NCBI GenBank assembly: GCA_001687465.1 | Contig: LVLI01000364.1 | Location: 62,001 to 101,827 of the forward strand | Length of the DNA: 39,827 nucleotides | From: Halocafeteria seosinensis | Lineage: Eukaryota | Direction: 5' to 3' | Shown here: positions 21,100-35,351 of the stretch, one piece after another | Position numbering within the stretch: the first letter of the stretch is position 1 | How the letters are laid out: each line of letters starts with the position of its first letter | The notes under the pieces: model-generated | The model's input: only the letters and a program-made list of their open reading frames with translations | Database searches by the model: none | What the model was told of the DNA's origin: nothing | Translations under genes and position numbers: made by a program

Positions 21100-23095
21100 A
21101 TGAGTCTTAATAACGCTCTTAAAGCCATTAACCGGCTGCTGGGGATATGCTACACCGCTGAAAATCAGCCTCAGAGTGCTGCCTTAACAAAGCGTAAAGG
21201 AGACGGCCATTCATCTTCGAGGGACTATAACCTGTATAAAGCGGATCAGGCGCCTCTGTTCACCTTATACAATGAGCCTTACGCCCTGGCGGACTTGTTC
21301 TCCATCGAGGGAAAGGCAGCCAAACAGGCAGATACCGTCCACCGTAATGGCAGTGGAGGTGAACGCCCGGGAGCTGCATTGTCTGGATTAATGACGGATA
21401 AAGAATTTTGGAGGAGCCAAAATGAGGTACGTTTGGCGCACAATTGGGGCCAGTCATTAGTGTGTTAGAGGCTACTTAACTTTCATGGACAGAGTCAATT
21501 GAAGCGCAAGATAAAGAGCACTTGCAACGTTGGAGAGATTCAAATGGATATGATTCGGCATCACTTCCTGACGCTTCATTTTATTGCCTGTGACTCGTAT
21601 GAAGAGGCAGTAAAGCAGCAATATAATGCGCTCTCGTATGTACTCCCCAATCTCGGCAGGAAGAGCTGTTTACGCTCATGAAGATCGTGAATTCTGGTGC
21701 AGTCGCTTGCTGGATGTGCTAGGACAAGCTGTTGATAACCTCATGCTCCCTCTGCTCCACCGATTTTGCTATAATTATTACCACATCGCCCTTGCTGCAA
21801 CGTCTTCGGACACGAAGACGTCACAAGAAAGGCCAAAGAAAAAAGCGAAGACTCAAAGAGCTGCTGTGGACCGAGATGAGGTCATGGTAAGTTGCCGTCG
21901 TGGACTTTGTGGCATGATTCGGTACTGATTATTCTTCTGTATCAGAATACCCTGGGAAGTGCGCTTCGACACGCAATGGCTCAATGCAGCAATCATAAGA
22001 GCTCTGATCTGTACATAAACAAGAGATGGGGAGCATTGCGTGTGATCACTCTTCTATTTAAGGTGGCATTCAAGGTAAGCAGGATAACGAATGACGGCCA
22101 CTTACTTGCGTTCATTTATATTGATTGTCTCTCCGTGTGTTCAGATCAACAATCAAAGACTGGGAGACCATGCACTTCAGGTCGTTAACAGCCCAAGGTT
22201 CCCCGCAATAGAAAAATTCCCTTTACCCGACAGACTTACATATCACTACTACAATGGTAAATTCAAGATGCTTAAGAATGATTTTCCGAATGTACGTTTC
22301 CCCATTCGCAAATGAAGCTTGCCGCCACGCAATGAGGAACTGCTTGTGTTCTCAGGCGGACGAATCACTATCTTTCGCGCTTCGATACTCGCCGAACCCT
22401 TCCTCTGCTGGTACGCGTACGGAACGGAGAGCTAGGAAAGAAAGAATCAGGTTAATACTGGATACGCTAGTACCTATTAAGCTGTACAGGGGATATCTCG
22501 TTGACGCCGATTTTCTCCGGGATCACAACTGTGAACATTACATTCCCTTAGTGCGGGCTATGAAAACAGGTGATATCGGGCTTTACGAGAGAGCTATGGA
22601 GGAACACCAAAATCGGTACATACGTACAGGGGTATACCTGGTGCTTTGCGAGCTGCAGAAATATGTGTTTCGCCGCCTTGTAAAGCGAACGTAAGTGCCG
22701 TTTCGGAGCGATGTAATGCCAGCAACATGTAGTTGCGAGTGTGCTGTGCATTCAGGGCTCTACTGATCGGAGGTGATAAAATTGATTTAGAATATTTTCA
22801 TAAAGCCTTTGCCTTTGGTAAGTACACGTTGAAATCATATGTTCCTTGCTACGCATGCAGCAGGTATCCTGTGCAGCTTGGAAGCGTGACGTAGACCTTC
22901 CCGAAGTAGAATGCATTCTGGCCAACCTCATACATGATGTAAGTAAAGATTTGCACTGTCTTATTTGATATGATTGAGTACGTGTGAATCTGTTGAGTGC
23001 AGAAACTGCTGTATGCGATCATATACCATAAACACACAAAGCTGGTCATGGCTCAGAGTTATTCTCCATTTCCCGCGATTTCCTCAATTCGTTAA
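21100..23095 (+). CDS. PCI-domain protein of the PCID2/Thp1/CSN12 family, copy 1; exons 21100-21426, 21493-21635, 21703-21886, 21946-22074, 22145-22291, 22356-22690, 22756-22817, 22877-22938, 23003-23095
   Basis: LFKVAFKINNQRL, TYHYYNGK...ADESLSFAL, ILDTLVPIKLYRG, AMKTGDI, YIRTGVYLVL..L...VFRRLVKR, EVECILANLI and a C-terminal PFP match the PCID2/CSN12 pattern. Confidence 0.82.
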
Positions 23096-23491
23096 CCTTT
23101 TCAGAACAACCGTAGCAAAACATACAGGCGAAATGGGCATTCTATATAGAGCAACAAAATTTGCTGCTCCTATGATACAGCAGACTGAACAGCGCATCTT
23201 GGAGTCCATGCGGATAGACTGAGTAATGTGGCCAGTGATGCTTTACGGCATTGTATCGTATGCCGTGCCCCAAGAGGATCAGATCACTGAAAATAGATTC
23301 ATTGCTGTTGATAAAGCTCAGAATGACTGCAGCAATGCAAAAATGCGTGTAAATGGACGTGGTGTTAACACTTCCATCTTGTGAAGTTGTGTGGGGGTAG
23401 TGTTTATACCGTATACACGTTTAGTTGGCCCGATTTGGGTGTAGTGTTTCATCATTTACACATACATATAGGTTCTCCTCTATTATCAGTA

Positions 23492-25445
23492 ATGTCTGGT
23501 GGCGCCTTGAGCCGTGTATGGAGTGAAATCCTCCGTGTGCTGTCAGCATGTACAGGACAGGAGGAAGCTGCTTTGACGCCTCATAAACAACGCTACGGCG
23601 GAGGCTACGGAGGCACCACAGAGTCTCCTTTCTTCACTCTGTATGCTGAGCCTTGGATACTGGCTGACTTATTCTCATTCAGGGGAAACATAGTGCAACG
23701 AATCGACGAGCGATACGCTGAAACGAGTACGGCGCAGCAGCGTATTGGGAGCACTTTGGCTCAGTTATTGCCCGATGAGAACTTTTGGAGGTCCCAATCA
23801 GAGGTGCGCAAGCTTGGACTGGGTGCTGTACCCATTTAGCCATAGATGGACAGTGACGAATGGGTTTGTTTTACAGGAACGCTTAAGGAAGTATCGAGGG
23901 GAGGAGGATCAGCCCCACAATAGCATTGTCGTTCATCATTTTTTATCGCTTCATTTGATGGCAAGCAAGCAATATAAGGAGGCTGCAAAATATCAGCATG
24001 AAACTTTAAAGTAACGTCGTCAAGTGGTATTTCCGGCAAGGTGCGAGTACGTTTATGATCCGAGGGTTTTGATACAGGTCGTTAATGGAAGTGCTCGAGC
24101 AGTCTCAAGACAACCTATTGATCCCGCTCCTGCATCGAGTGTGTCATAACTGCTACCATGCCTGCTTAGCCTCTCGCGAACTCACTTCAGAACCCTCAGT
24201 GTCCCGTACTGCGGAGGCGGTTTCGAGTGAAGGGAGTCTTGTAAGTAGCTCGATTGCGGATGTAGTACATTGATGATTGCACTCTTGAAATGAGTGTGAG
24301 CAGGACGAACTTGGAAGTTCGTTGAGGGACGCAGCAGCCCGCTGTAGTAATCACAAAGGTAGTGACCAGTCAAAAAATAAGCGTTGGGGAGCGTTACGGG
24401 TTACCAATTTGTTGCTCAAAGTGGCACTCAAGGTACGATAGAACTGGGAAGATCTACGCTAGAAATAGGCAGTGAGAGCAAGTAGTTCCCGATGTTACAG
24501 ATCAACAATCAACGATTGGGAGATCATACACTGGTGCTGGCTAGGATGTTGCCTGATACTTCCCTCTTCCCGTTACCTGACCAAGTCGCTTATCACTATT
24601 ATAAGGGCAAAGTTTCAATTCGGAAACGAAACTACGGGGGAGTAAGTTCATGAATACGCTCTACTTCTTCTTCAAACGGTTTAAAAGACAGCGAATTCTT
24701 GTTCAGGCGGATGCATCGTTATCATTTGCTCTAAGAAACTCCCCGAAGCGGAATACAAGTAAAGACAATGAAAGGATCAGATTGGTTCTGAATGCTTTGG
24801 TACCGGTCAAACTATATAGAGGGTTCACGGTCAAAACGGGATACCTTGAAAAGTGGGGATGCGATCACTATGTTCCTTTGGTCGAAGCCATGGAAAGTGG
24901 AAACATTAGTACATACGAGGAGGCAATGGAAGAGTACCAGATCCGGTTCATCCGCTTTGGTGTCCTCTTTGTTGTCAGCGCGTTGGAAAAATACGTCTTC
25001 CGTCGTTTAGTAAAGAGAGTGTAAGTTTATGTTTTCAGCGGGCTTCGTAGATTTATCCCCTTCTAATTCTAAGATACCTCTATCCGCAGACACCTTATTC
25101 TACGGGAACTTGGAGAGAGCAGAATTCGCATGGAATACTTCCGTTCCATCTTCAGCGTTGGTACGTTGTTTCCAAGTCGCCATAAGTTTTTGGCTCTAGT
25201 AACAGTTTACCTGGGTGACACAGTGAGTAAGCGAGAAATGGACATAGCGGAAGTAGAATCCATGCTCGCCAATATGATCGCGGAGGTAGGCGGCCTGCTT
25301 TTTTCTTGTACCGAGGTGTTACAACTAAACATTGTTCTTACTTGGCACACAGGGATTGGTCAAGGCTATCATTGACCCGAGGTATCATGTGCTGGTCCCT
25401 AAGAAGCACGACGCATTTCCTAAGTTGTCCAACATAGTTGCATAG
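23492..25445 (+). CDS. PCI-domain protein of the PCID2/Thp1/CSN12 family, copy 2; exons 23492-23803, 23877-24010, 24078-24240, 24304-24432, 24501-24641, 24707-25020, 25090-25160, 25224-25285, 25353-25445
   Basis: Same motifs as copy 1 (FTLYAEPWILADLFS, FWRSQSE, KINNQRLGDH, ADASLSFAL, KYVFRRLVKR, EVESMLANMI, DAFP) and the same 8 intron positions. Confidence 0.82.
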
Positions 25446-25510
25446 AACTGTCCGTACACGGGAGAACTCCCTATGCTGACGACATGCTTTCCAACCAGGG
25501 TTTCTGAGAC

Positions 25511-26779
25511 TCAGAGGCCCTTGTTGTAGTAGGCGTGTGATATGGTATTCCCGCTACTGTCTTTAAGATTGTGGAATTCCTTCTCTAGCATGGAAGTCGG
25601 CACTTGGGCGCTTTGACGGAACAAACCAAACGTTAAGGGCACCGAGAATTGGATCGCCACACCTAGCATCATTAATGTCAGAGGAATTTTTAGAGCAGGA
25701 TAACGGCTTATATGCTTGGTCTTCTCCAAAAAATGAACTGCGAATGATGACGTTAGAAGGACCGGGGCAGCTGCCATCACTCGTGCCCCAACGCATGAAG
25801 CTACAGCCAAGCCTCCTGCTCGTTTACTTGTTCCTAGGAAGTTGGATTGTTCATCATAGATGTTAATTCCTTCCAAGTACTCATTCTGTCGCATGATTGA
25901 CAGATTAAGAAGATCCGCAACTGCTACTGCAGCGAACGGACTTAGCCTGCGAAGAGCAACAGAGCCGGCAGAATTTGCCGGCAGTTTTTTCGAAAGTTCG
26001 GACAGACCGACGGCTGAACATGAAGCACTGGCTGTAGCTGCTACGTAGGAAGCTACCAGTTTCCACGTGCCGTCTGTGTTTGAAGCATTCCTGTTGGCGT
26101 AATAGTGCAACGCGTTATAACTTTGATTTGCGACTGCAAGGAAGAAGAAGTAGCGCTAGTAATACAACCCCCGCTTCAGCGTTCAGCACCACGTTTAACT
26201 TACACTGGGCTGCCACTATTTGTATAGGAGTCCTGGCAAGTATCATACCTGTCACAAGAAAGAGAGAAAGAGTTCCTGCATAACTTAAACAGATTCTTTC
26301 CTTAAGAAATCGTACCTGCGTCTAGGGTCATGTTGGCTGGGATGATGCATGCGATTCGCAGGAACGCTGGTGATACCGGTTGTTGGGTGTCAGGGTGCAC
26401 ACAGCTCTCTATAATTTTCCGCGCACGGTCGTACTGCTCGCGGGAATTCTGTGCCGAGTCATCGTTGGAGTTGGACTTGCCATGTGCCCCATGTCGTGTA
26501 ACACTGTTCTCTGAAGAAGCAGGTGTTGTGGCGGTGGTGCCAAACGTCGCCGCCGAGGCCATGGCCTGTTCATATTTCCTGACTATCTCTTTTGCCTGTT
26601 CAATTTGACCGTGGGCGACGAAGGCATTGCGAATGTCCATCATCCGGAAGATCCGCTTCACGCGATCCCAATCTGTGAGCCACAACGCATTAAATGCGAA
26701 AGAGCTAAGTGTTCCACGCTGACTCCGTCCTCAGGTAATGGCGGCCCTCTGTAGACTTACAATGATCATCGACTCCCAT
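25511..26779 (-). CDS. SFXN: Sideroflexin (mitochondrial inner-membrane carrier family); exons 26779-26761, 26672-26316, 26248-26204, 26133-25511
   Basis: YWDRVKRIFRMMD, HPDT, QFANQSYNALHYYANRN, PFAAVA...N...MRQNE..EGI and terminal YNKGL are hallmark sideroflexin motifs. Confidence 0.92.
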
Positions 26780-28456
26780 ATCCCCGTAATGCACGCTCCA
26801 GATCGAATTCTATCGCTAACTATTGTCGTCGTATAACCTATTTAACACCCATTCACCGGGCGTTTAACAATCCAAACGATTTGTGAAGCTCGAGACCAGT
26901 GTCGGAAGACACTTTAGTCGTTCCCTTAACAGTTAACTTCTTCGTCTCAAAAGTACTTGTTAAGTCTTACTGGGTTGGAAACAGAGACACAGGACAAAAC
27001 TTGGCATTGAGGGTCACCCGAAGCTGGTGTTCGTTCTTGTTCACGTTCGGACGGATGGAAGGATGTCTCCGATATATGATACAACTGTAGTACAATACCG
27101 TAGTGTGTACGGTATTATTTATGGCGACCAGAAAGAAAAAACTTGTGGGAGCAATTACATTCGTTACCTTTTGGCGGAAAAAATCGAAAAACATTTAACC
27201 TCGGAACAAATGGAGTTGTTCGTTCTCCTTGGTTCTGATGATCGAATACCACGGTAACAGTTCCTTCCAGGGGGCAACTGTTTCAACCTACCTGGAAGAA
27301 GGGCGCTATGCAAAAAGTGAGATACAAAGGGAGAAATCAAGGCAGCCTGTTTCTAGGAAAAGCTAAACGACCACCCTGTAAACTTTTGAAGCTGAGGAAG
27401 ACTGTGGTAAAGATATCGGTGTCAATTCCGTTATCTCCTATCAAATAACAGAAATAAAGCAATGCCGCTGCTGTACGCACGTACCTACGTGCTGCATTGG
27501 GAGAAACCAAGAAAGGGGACAATATTGTTGAGTCTCCGAATGCGTCGTTCCCCATTGGAGATTTTCTTCGACGCTCGCCGTCAGGAGTTGACGCTGACAT
27601 AACAACAGTCCGGCTTTCTTCCTGTGTTCCTCAGCCAGATTCCAACAAACGAGATCGTTTATCCTTGGGCAGCATCGCAGTATACAACTACAACCTATTC
27701 ACAAAGTAAGCATGATCGCAGAGTCGGAAATTGCCCCATCTGGCTCAAGATTCATCAGTTTGCATTGGAAGTGAATCCCACTCCGCTGTACCCCTCCATT
27801 CGTCGGACTGAGCATATCCAGTACAACATCCGATTGGCTCAGCTGTTGAATACAACTGTATACATGATGCATAACGTCAAGATTCGGTCCAGTGTGTTGG
27901 ACTTGGGATCCATTTCATCGCTTCTTTGTTGGCAGGTTTCCGCCGCGAACTTTATTGAAATCCAACACTGTAAAGACTCTCTCCCCATTCGCAAGTCCTG
28001 CTACCCGTACGTCCGAAAGATGGTTGCTAACAAGTGCAAGGAAGTGTCGTCCACCCGCATCTGCGTCTCTATGGTAATCTGATCGAAGATTCATCTTGAA
28101 ATTGGCCAAGCCACCTGTTCAATGGCTTCACTCTGTACACTGTAACTAAAACGCACCTACATGCATGTGTACAGAGGATACTTGAAGTTATCTTTATTAC
28201 GGGTTGGAAAAAGTCATAGTGCTGAAGAATGGAATTCGACATACCCTTCATTATGATGGTAGCAAGCACATTAACAACTTCTCAACGACCTAAAATGAAG
28301 ATGTCAGACGAGCTATTAGTTAGTTAATTGCACTGTATGTATCCAAATCAGGACAATGCCTTCCAATAGTGAATAAGCGTGTGCCGCAATGTTCGACAGT
28401 GGGAAGCAGTGAATCGTCGAATCGCGTTCAAATCTGCCACGGGTGGATCACGCATG

Positions 28457-29350
28457 TTACCGCACATACCTTCGCAAGACGTCAACAATATTCCCGGGAA
28501 TCCAACTTGATGCCGATCCAGATTCCAGCTCTTCGGAAACTTCGGGAGGGATCTGTGCTCCCTGCTTCAAGAGCTCCTCCACGACACACGTATCGCTTGT
28601 AATGCCTTCCTCCTGGAGTGCATTTATCAAGGGATAGCATTTGAAATATTGAGAGCTTCCTGCTTCCGGTGGCTGACCTCCGGGAAACGGAGGGCGAATA
28701 AGTTCAGGGGTTGCAATTAAAGAAAGTGTGCGAGCTGTGGCTTCATTGTCACCCGAGTCACAAAGACACAGCATGACCGCATTGTTTCCAGTCGGGGAGA
28801 CGAAATTCTTATCTGCACCAAGTTCAAGGAGCGCTTGAATGGATTTATCCGCGGATACATAAGCAGCTCGTAGCAATGGAGATTGAAATAATGTATCGAG
28901 ATCTGTTTCCTGCTCTTCCAATTGCCCAAAAGGAAACAGTTCATTCGGCTCGCCTTCCATGCCCGTTTCAAACTGTTCCACTTCGGGATACGGCTCTGAT
29001 TGTAGAGTAACTCCAGGGATTGCATCAATGTCTAATTCGTTGCATTTCTTGACTTCTGAATAGGCCTCTCTCGGGAACAGCGTCGCGTCGACTGGGACGT
29101 CTTTCTGCTGCACGAGCTCTCGTATCTTGTCTATATCTTGACGGAGAACCGCTCGATGCTGCATCTCAACAACAACAGAAGTCTATTCTTTCTCCACACT
29201 TACACGGTGCGGTTGTCAAGGAGAAGACACACAACGTACCAATGCGACAATATTCCGCGGTGCATATTTCTCACACAATTCGCCCAAGATCTCTTCGCTA
29301 TCAGGTCCTGTAATTCCACCACTCCCGCCATCGCTGTCACAATCACTCAT
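28457..29350 (-). CDS. Acidic ankyrin-repeat protein; exons 29350-29240, 29158-28457
   Basis: Ankyrin-like repeats ALHRAVLRQDIDKIRELV, SPLLRAAYVSADKSIQALLELGADKN, GNNAVML, YPLINAL...VEELLKQGA. Confidence 0.78.
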
Positions 29351-29798
29351 TTTTTGATGTCGCCTTTTTTTTCTTTTTCTGACAAATCTGGGACCGTGCC
29401 GTGTCTGGGATACTCGATTCCAAACATTCCAATAACGCGTCCATATAGTGTATGCACCGCATCCCACTGGCCACCGCATCCCAGGGAGCATCGTCCTTTT
29501 GTGAAGCTGGGTTTTTTAAGGCTCTACTGGTATGTTTGGGCAGTATACCGTAGTCGACGTTATACACACTTCCTGTATGTAGAATAGTATACCCAACAGT
29601 GGCAGCACTAGATGTCGTGCTCATTATAGGGGGACATCAGGAGCTTATGGAGCAAATAGACCAGCTTCACAAAATTATCCATTCGTTCCGTATTGCCCAT
29701 GGACAGAGACAATTTAACCATTGTATTGACACATCGACAAAGCTGAACGATATATTCTCAATTTCTAGAAGGACCAGGAGGGAAAAAGTTCGAGACAA

Positions 29799-32188
29799 AT
29801 GAACAATCATGTGCTCAAGTCTTTGACGGTTGGAAGCAGTGACTCCAGCCTCAACAAGGCATCAAAGTCTAATTATGGTGCTGTTTCAGGCCATTCTACG
29901 GCCCTCTCCAAGGGATCAAGGTCATCGCGCAACCCTCGAGGACCTGCCTCCTCACTGGAGTTTTTCAGTAGTGGACACAGCAAGGGAAATGAACGTGAAG
30001 AAACCAAACACGGAGCTAAATATGATGACAGCCACGATTCAGATAGTGATGATGCCACGACGGATGAAGCTGGATCAAGTGGCGATGAGGAGGGGAGGGA
30101 TGATGAAACGCAGGAGGCGCGATTCCTACCGTAAGTGGCAGTAGCAAGGCTAACTTGGAATCTTAGTGCACCTATATATTTCTTTTCCCCTTGCTGCAGA
30201 GAGGATGCTTCCATGGATAAGTTCCGAAAGCGTCTAGGGATAAAGCTGTACGGGATGGAAATCCCTTCGCTTTATCCTGATTTTAACAGTATTCCTAAAT
30301 CCATACCCCGTTCCATTCTGCTAGAGGCTGCCAGATATTCCAAGGCTCTATCCACAGATCAACCAGCAAACAAGGTGTCGAAAGCCGATTCCAAGATTAT
30401 CCAAGGGTTAGCTATCGAGGACAAAAAAAGCATTGTTAGAGAGTATAAGCAGATGCGTCATAGCATATTAAGCAACATTGAATCTTCCGAGTGGAACGAA
30501 CCGACGCCGGTTCAGATGCAAGCTATCCCTTGCATGCTGGCTGGACGGGATGTCCTTGGGGTTGCGCCTACAGGAAGCGGCAAGACAGCGGCGTTTATGA
30601 TTCCTTTGATACTATTTTGCCTGTCACAACATGTGGGCAAGTCCGCCAAGAAGAATAGCGGGAAGGACTTTAAGAGAAGACTACGAGCACTTGTTCTGGT
30701 ACCTACTCGGGAGTTGGCATCTCAGATTCAAGAAGAAGGGAATAGGTTGGCTGAGGGAACTGGTGTAAAGATATCTCTACTCACAAAGTCTGTCAACGCT
30801 GTAGAAGAAGGTAAACAGAAGGATAAAGGAAAACAAGATACGTCCGCAGCAACCCTTCCTTCAGCGGACATTCTCGTGTGTACACCAAAACGTCTACAGG
30901 ATATGCTAAACACAAAACCTGACCAGCTACAGTCCCTACGTCATGTGGTTATGGACGAATGCGATCGTATGTTAGAGTTTGGTCTTGTAGAGCAAGTAGA
31001 TGATATCCTCTCGCATTGCTCCGACGTGGATAAGGCATCTGTCAAGGCACCAAAAATACAGCGGTGCATGTTCTCGGCCACTCTCCCGGAAAACCTAGAG
31101 AATGTCTCGCTTTCCTTTTTGCGAGATCCTATCCGGACAATCATCGGCAAGCGGGTATGTCTCCGTCTTGAGATGCTTATCTTGTCTGTTCACTTTAAGT
31201 AACTAGTAGTAAATACTTGTGTTCTTTCAGGGAGCGGCTGCTGATAGTGTTGATCAAAAACTACTATTCGTTGGGCGTGAAGAGGGAAAATTGTTAGAAA
31301 TGCGCCAAATGGCTTCCGGGGGATTCGAGGCTCCAATGCTCGTGTTCGTCCAGAGCAAGGAGCGTGCAAAAGTAAGTGTTGCCCAGGGAAACCTTTTAGT
31401 GGTCCTTGATTCAATGCACGGTTACACTTTACCATTGCAGGAACTGTATGGAGAGCTCCGTTCTGTATTTCAAAATAAGCTGGATGTTATTCATAGTGAC
31501 CGTTCTCAAAAGGAGCGCAACAATGCAATCAACAAGTTCCGTTACGGGGAGACATGGGTTCTAATTGCTACAGACCTTCTGTGCCGTGGAATCGACGTTA
31601 CTGGTGTAAAATGTGTTATTAACTACGACTTTCCCCAAAGTCCTACAAGCTATGTGCATCGAGTAGGGAGAACAGGCCGAGCTGGAATGAAAGGGAAAGC
31701 TATAACTTTCTTCACAGAGGATGACATCGTACGTATCCCACGTTCCGCTATGAGTGCTGAAGTGGTTCTCACTTTAATATCTTCCGTGCAGAAGTACCTA
31801 AGATCAATAGCAAACCTTATGCGTCTTAGCGGCTGCGAAGTTCCTGAATGGATGTTGGAGATTAAGAAACCCAAGTAAGTTGGAGGAAACGTGCTAGTTG
31901 TAAGGGTTCCCCCTCATTAAGAGTTCCACTGCGTTCATCCGCAGGCGTTCGGAAAAAAGAAAAATGGCAAAGTCTGCCCCAAAGCGACAGAGTATTTCCA
32001 CAATTCCAAGCTACGTGAAACGCAAAGAAGCACATAAGCGGCGAATGATCAAGAATAGCAAGGAAGCCAAAGCGCAGGGAAAGCTGCGCAAGAAATCATC
32101 TAAACAAGAAGGAAAACGATCTGCCAACGATGCCCAAGATAGCAGCGAATGGACTGAAGTTCCATCCGGGGGCATGGTTCCCGAATAG
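29799..32188 (+). CDS. DDX52: DEAD-box RNA helicase DDX52/Rok1; exons 29799-30130, 30200-31154, 31231-31371, 31441-31728, 31792-31874, 31945-32188
   Basis: PTPVQMQAIP, APTGSGKT, PTRELA, DECD, SAT, QKLLFVGREEGKLL, LVFVQSKERA, DVIHSDRSQ, HRVGRTGRAG, LRSIANLMRLSGCEVPEWML (Rok1-specific). Confidence 0.9.
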
Positions 32189-32266
32189 ATCAAACCCTGT
32201 CACAAATAATGTCACACACACACGCATATAACGGCTCACTACTGAGCCATTGTTCGTATCAGCGGT

Positions 32267-33298
32267 TCAAGAGGATTCCTGGCTTTGCCTTTTCTGTTTC
32301 TTCTTCTCCTCATTGCGCTCTTTTTTCAGTTTCAGGAAATGAGCATACGGCGGGTTAATTGGCTTTTGCCGAGGTTCTATATACTCGTACGGTTTCGCCT
32401 CTCCCGACGTACAAACTCCTTCTCCTGTAGCACCAGCTTGTTCCGTTGGTAATTCTAACGGGTATGACTTATCAGAGTCAAACCCGTGCAAATCTCCACA
32501 CGCCACAAACGGAACCAGACATCGTGACAGACCTCTCACTTCTTCGTCTGAGATCTCACTGACACCGACAGTCTCCTTTGAAGAGCACCGGTAGTCCCAT
32601 CCTTTCATCAATGCGCCCATGGGAGGAATGTATCCTTTCGGTGGCTGGAAGTTTTCGCAGACGACAAATGCTTCAATGGAGCTATTCCGACTGGATTTGG
32701 GTTTAGCGCATGTGACTTGCTCAAAGAATACTTTCATTTGTGAGTACAACAAGGTGATATCTCGGCCTCTAAAAATTTTGGCAATAAAGGTTCCTCCCTC
32801 CTCCAGCACGTGACAGGTGATGTTGAGCGCCGCCAGGAGGAGCTGCGCTTGGACATATTCATCAATATCGTGCAGTCCCGTGACATCGGGGGCGCCATCC
32901 GAGACGACTAATTGAGCCTTTTTCGCGGCGTCATCGTCCGACGTACGGAAATAGGAGACGATTTCGTCCGCCGTGGCATCGCTCGTAATGTCTCCCTGGA
33001 GCTGAATGACACCCGGGATGGGTGCCATTTCCTGCAGGTCCACCGCTACGATGATGGGCGTCTCTTTTTCTCCTCCATGTGTTTCGGCTTGACGCGAAGC
33101 GTTTTTATCCAATTCACGGCTCAATACTTGGCTCCAGCTCCCTGGTGCAGCGCACAAGTCCACCACTCGAGTCACATGGCTGAAGACATCGAATTGTTCA
33201 TTCAAGTGCAAGAGTTTGAATGCGGACCGAGCCCGAAATCCTAGCTCTTTGGCTTTGCGATAGTAAATATCGCGCTTGTCCTTGGAAAAGCGACCCAT
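32267..33298 (-). CDS. TRM7: tRNA (cytidine32/guanosine34-2'-O)-methyltransferase Trm7/FTSJ1 (intronless)
   Basis: [89 protein letters not shown]. Confidence 0.96.
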   Translation of the reverse strand: MGRFSKDKRDIYYRKAKELGFRARSAFKLLHLNEQFDVFSHVTRVVDLCAAPGSWSQVLSRELDKNASRQAETHGGEKETPIIVAVDLQEMAPIPGVIQLQGDITSDATADEIVSYFRTSDDDAAKKAQLVVSDGAPDVTGLHDIDEYVQAQLLLAALNITCHVLEEGGTFIAKIFRGRDITLLYSQMKVFFEQVTCAKPKSSRNSSIEAFVVCENFQPPKGYIPPMGALMKGWDYRCSSKETVGVSEISDEEVRGLSRCLVPFVACGDLHGFDSDKSYPLELPTEQAGATGEGVCTSGEAKPYEYIEPRQKPINPPYAHFLKLKKERNEEKKKQKRQSQESS

Positions 33299-33556
33299 CT
33301 TTTATGCATTTTTTTTTTTCTTTCTTTTCCCCAACAACAACACTTCCACAAATCGACGTAGTTTAGGCTTACTGAGGACAACTTCAAAGCTACAAGTGAA
33401 GTGGTCGCTGGCACGGCCCGTACGGGCATACTTCCAGCTTTTACACATATTTGAATAGTTAGGATGAAGAGTTTCATTGGTATTCTCATAGAGGTCTACA
33501 TAGTTGTGCGTTCCAACTAACGAGAGGCAACTTGAGAGGAGGACGCTGTGACTTGT

Positions 33557-34964
<1,408 letters not shown>

Positions 34965-35351
34965 CCAATTCGATACTATCCACAAGAAAAGTCAACAGAA
35001 GCGCTGGAGAAAAGAAAAAAAAGAAAAAAGAAAAGAAAACTACCCTAGGGTGGTACTTTGCTTGGAACACAATTCTTCAGCCCTATTGATTCTACTTGGT
35101 AAATAGTACTGAGCAACCAAGTGTGACGAGGGTTTCCTCGCAAGGTCATCTTGACAAAATGCAAATGTACGGTAATACCCAAGCGTCGTACTGTGCAACA
35201 AACCATGGATGGAACACAAGTTAGGAGCCACTCTATCTATTTACTTTCTGTCCCAAAAAATTACGTGCAAATAACCACACAAATCCAGGCTCTATACAGT
35301 TGTTTGGCTATATACATTCCTACAGCTTCTGAGAAGCAAACAACGACTCTA

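Noticed and set aside
29647..29802. Upstream ORF MEQIDQLH... as a first DDX52 exon
   Set aside because: No phase-compatible donor found. It overlaps ATG 29799 out of frame and is at most a uORF.
30953..30966. DECD instead of DEAD in the helicase
   Set aside because: DExD variation is common in this family, and all other motifs are normal.
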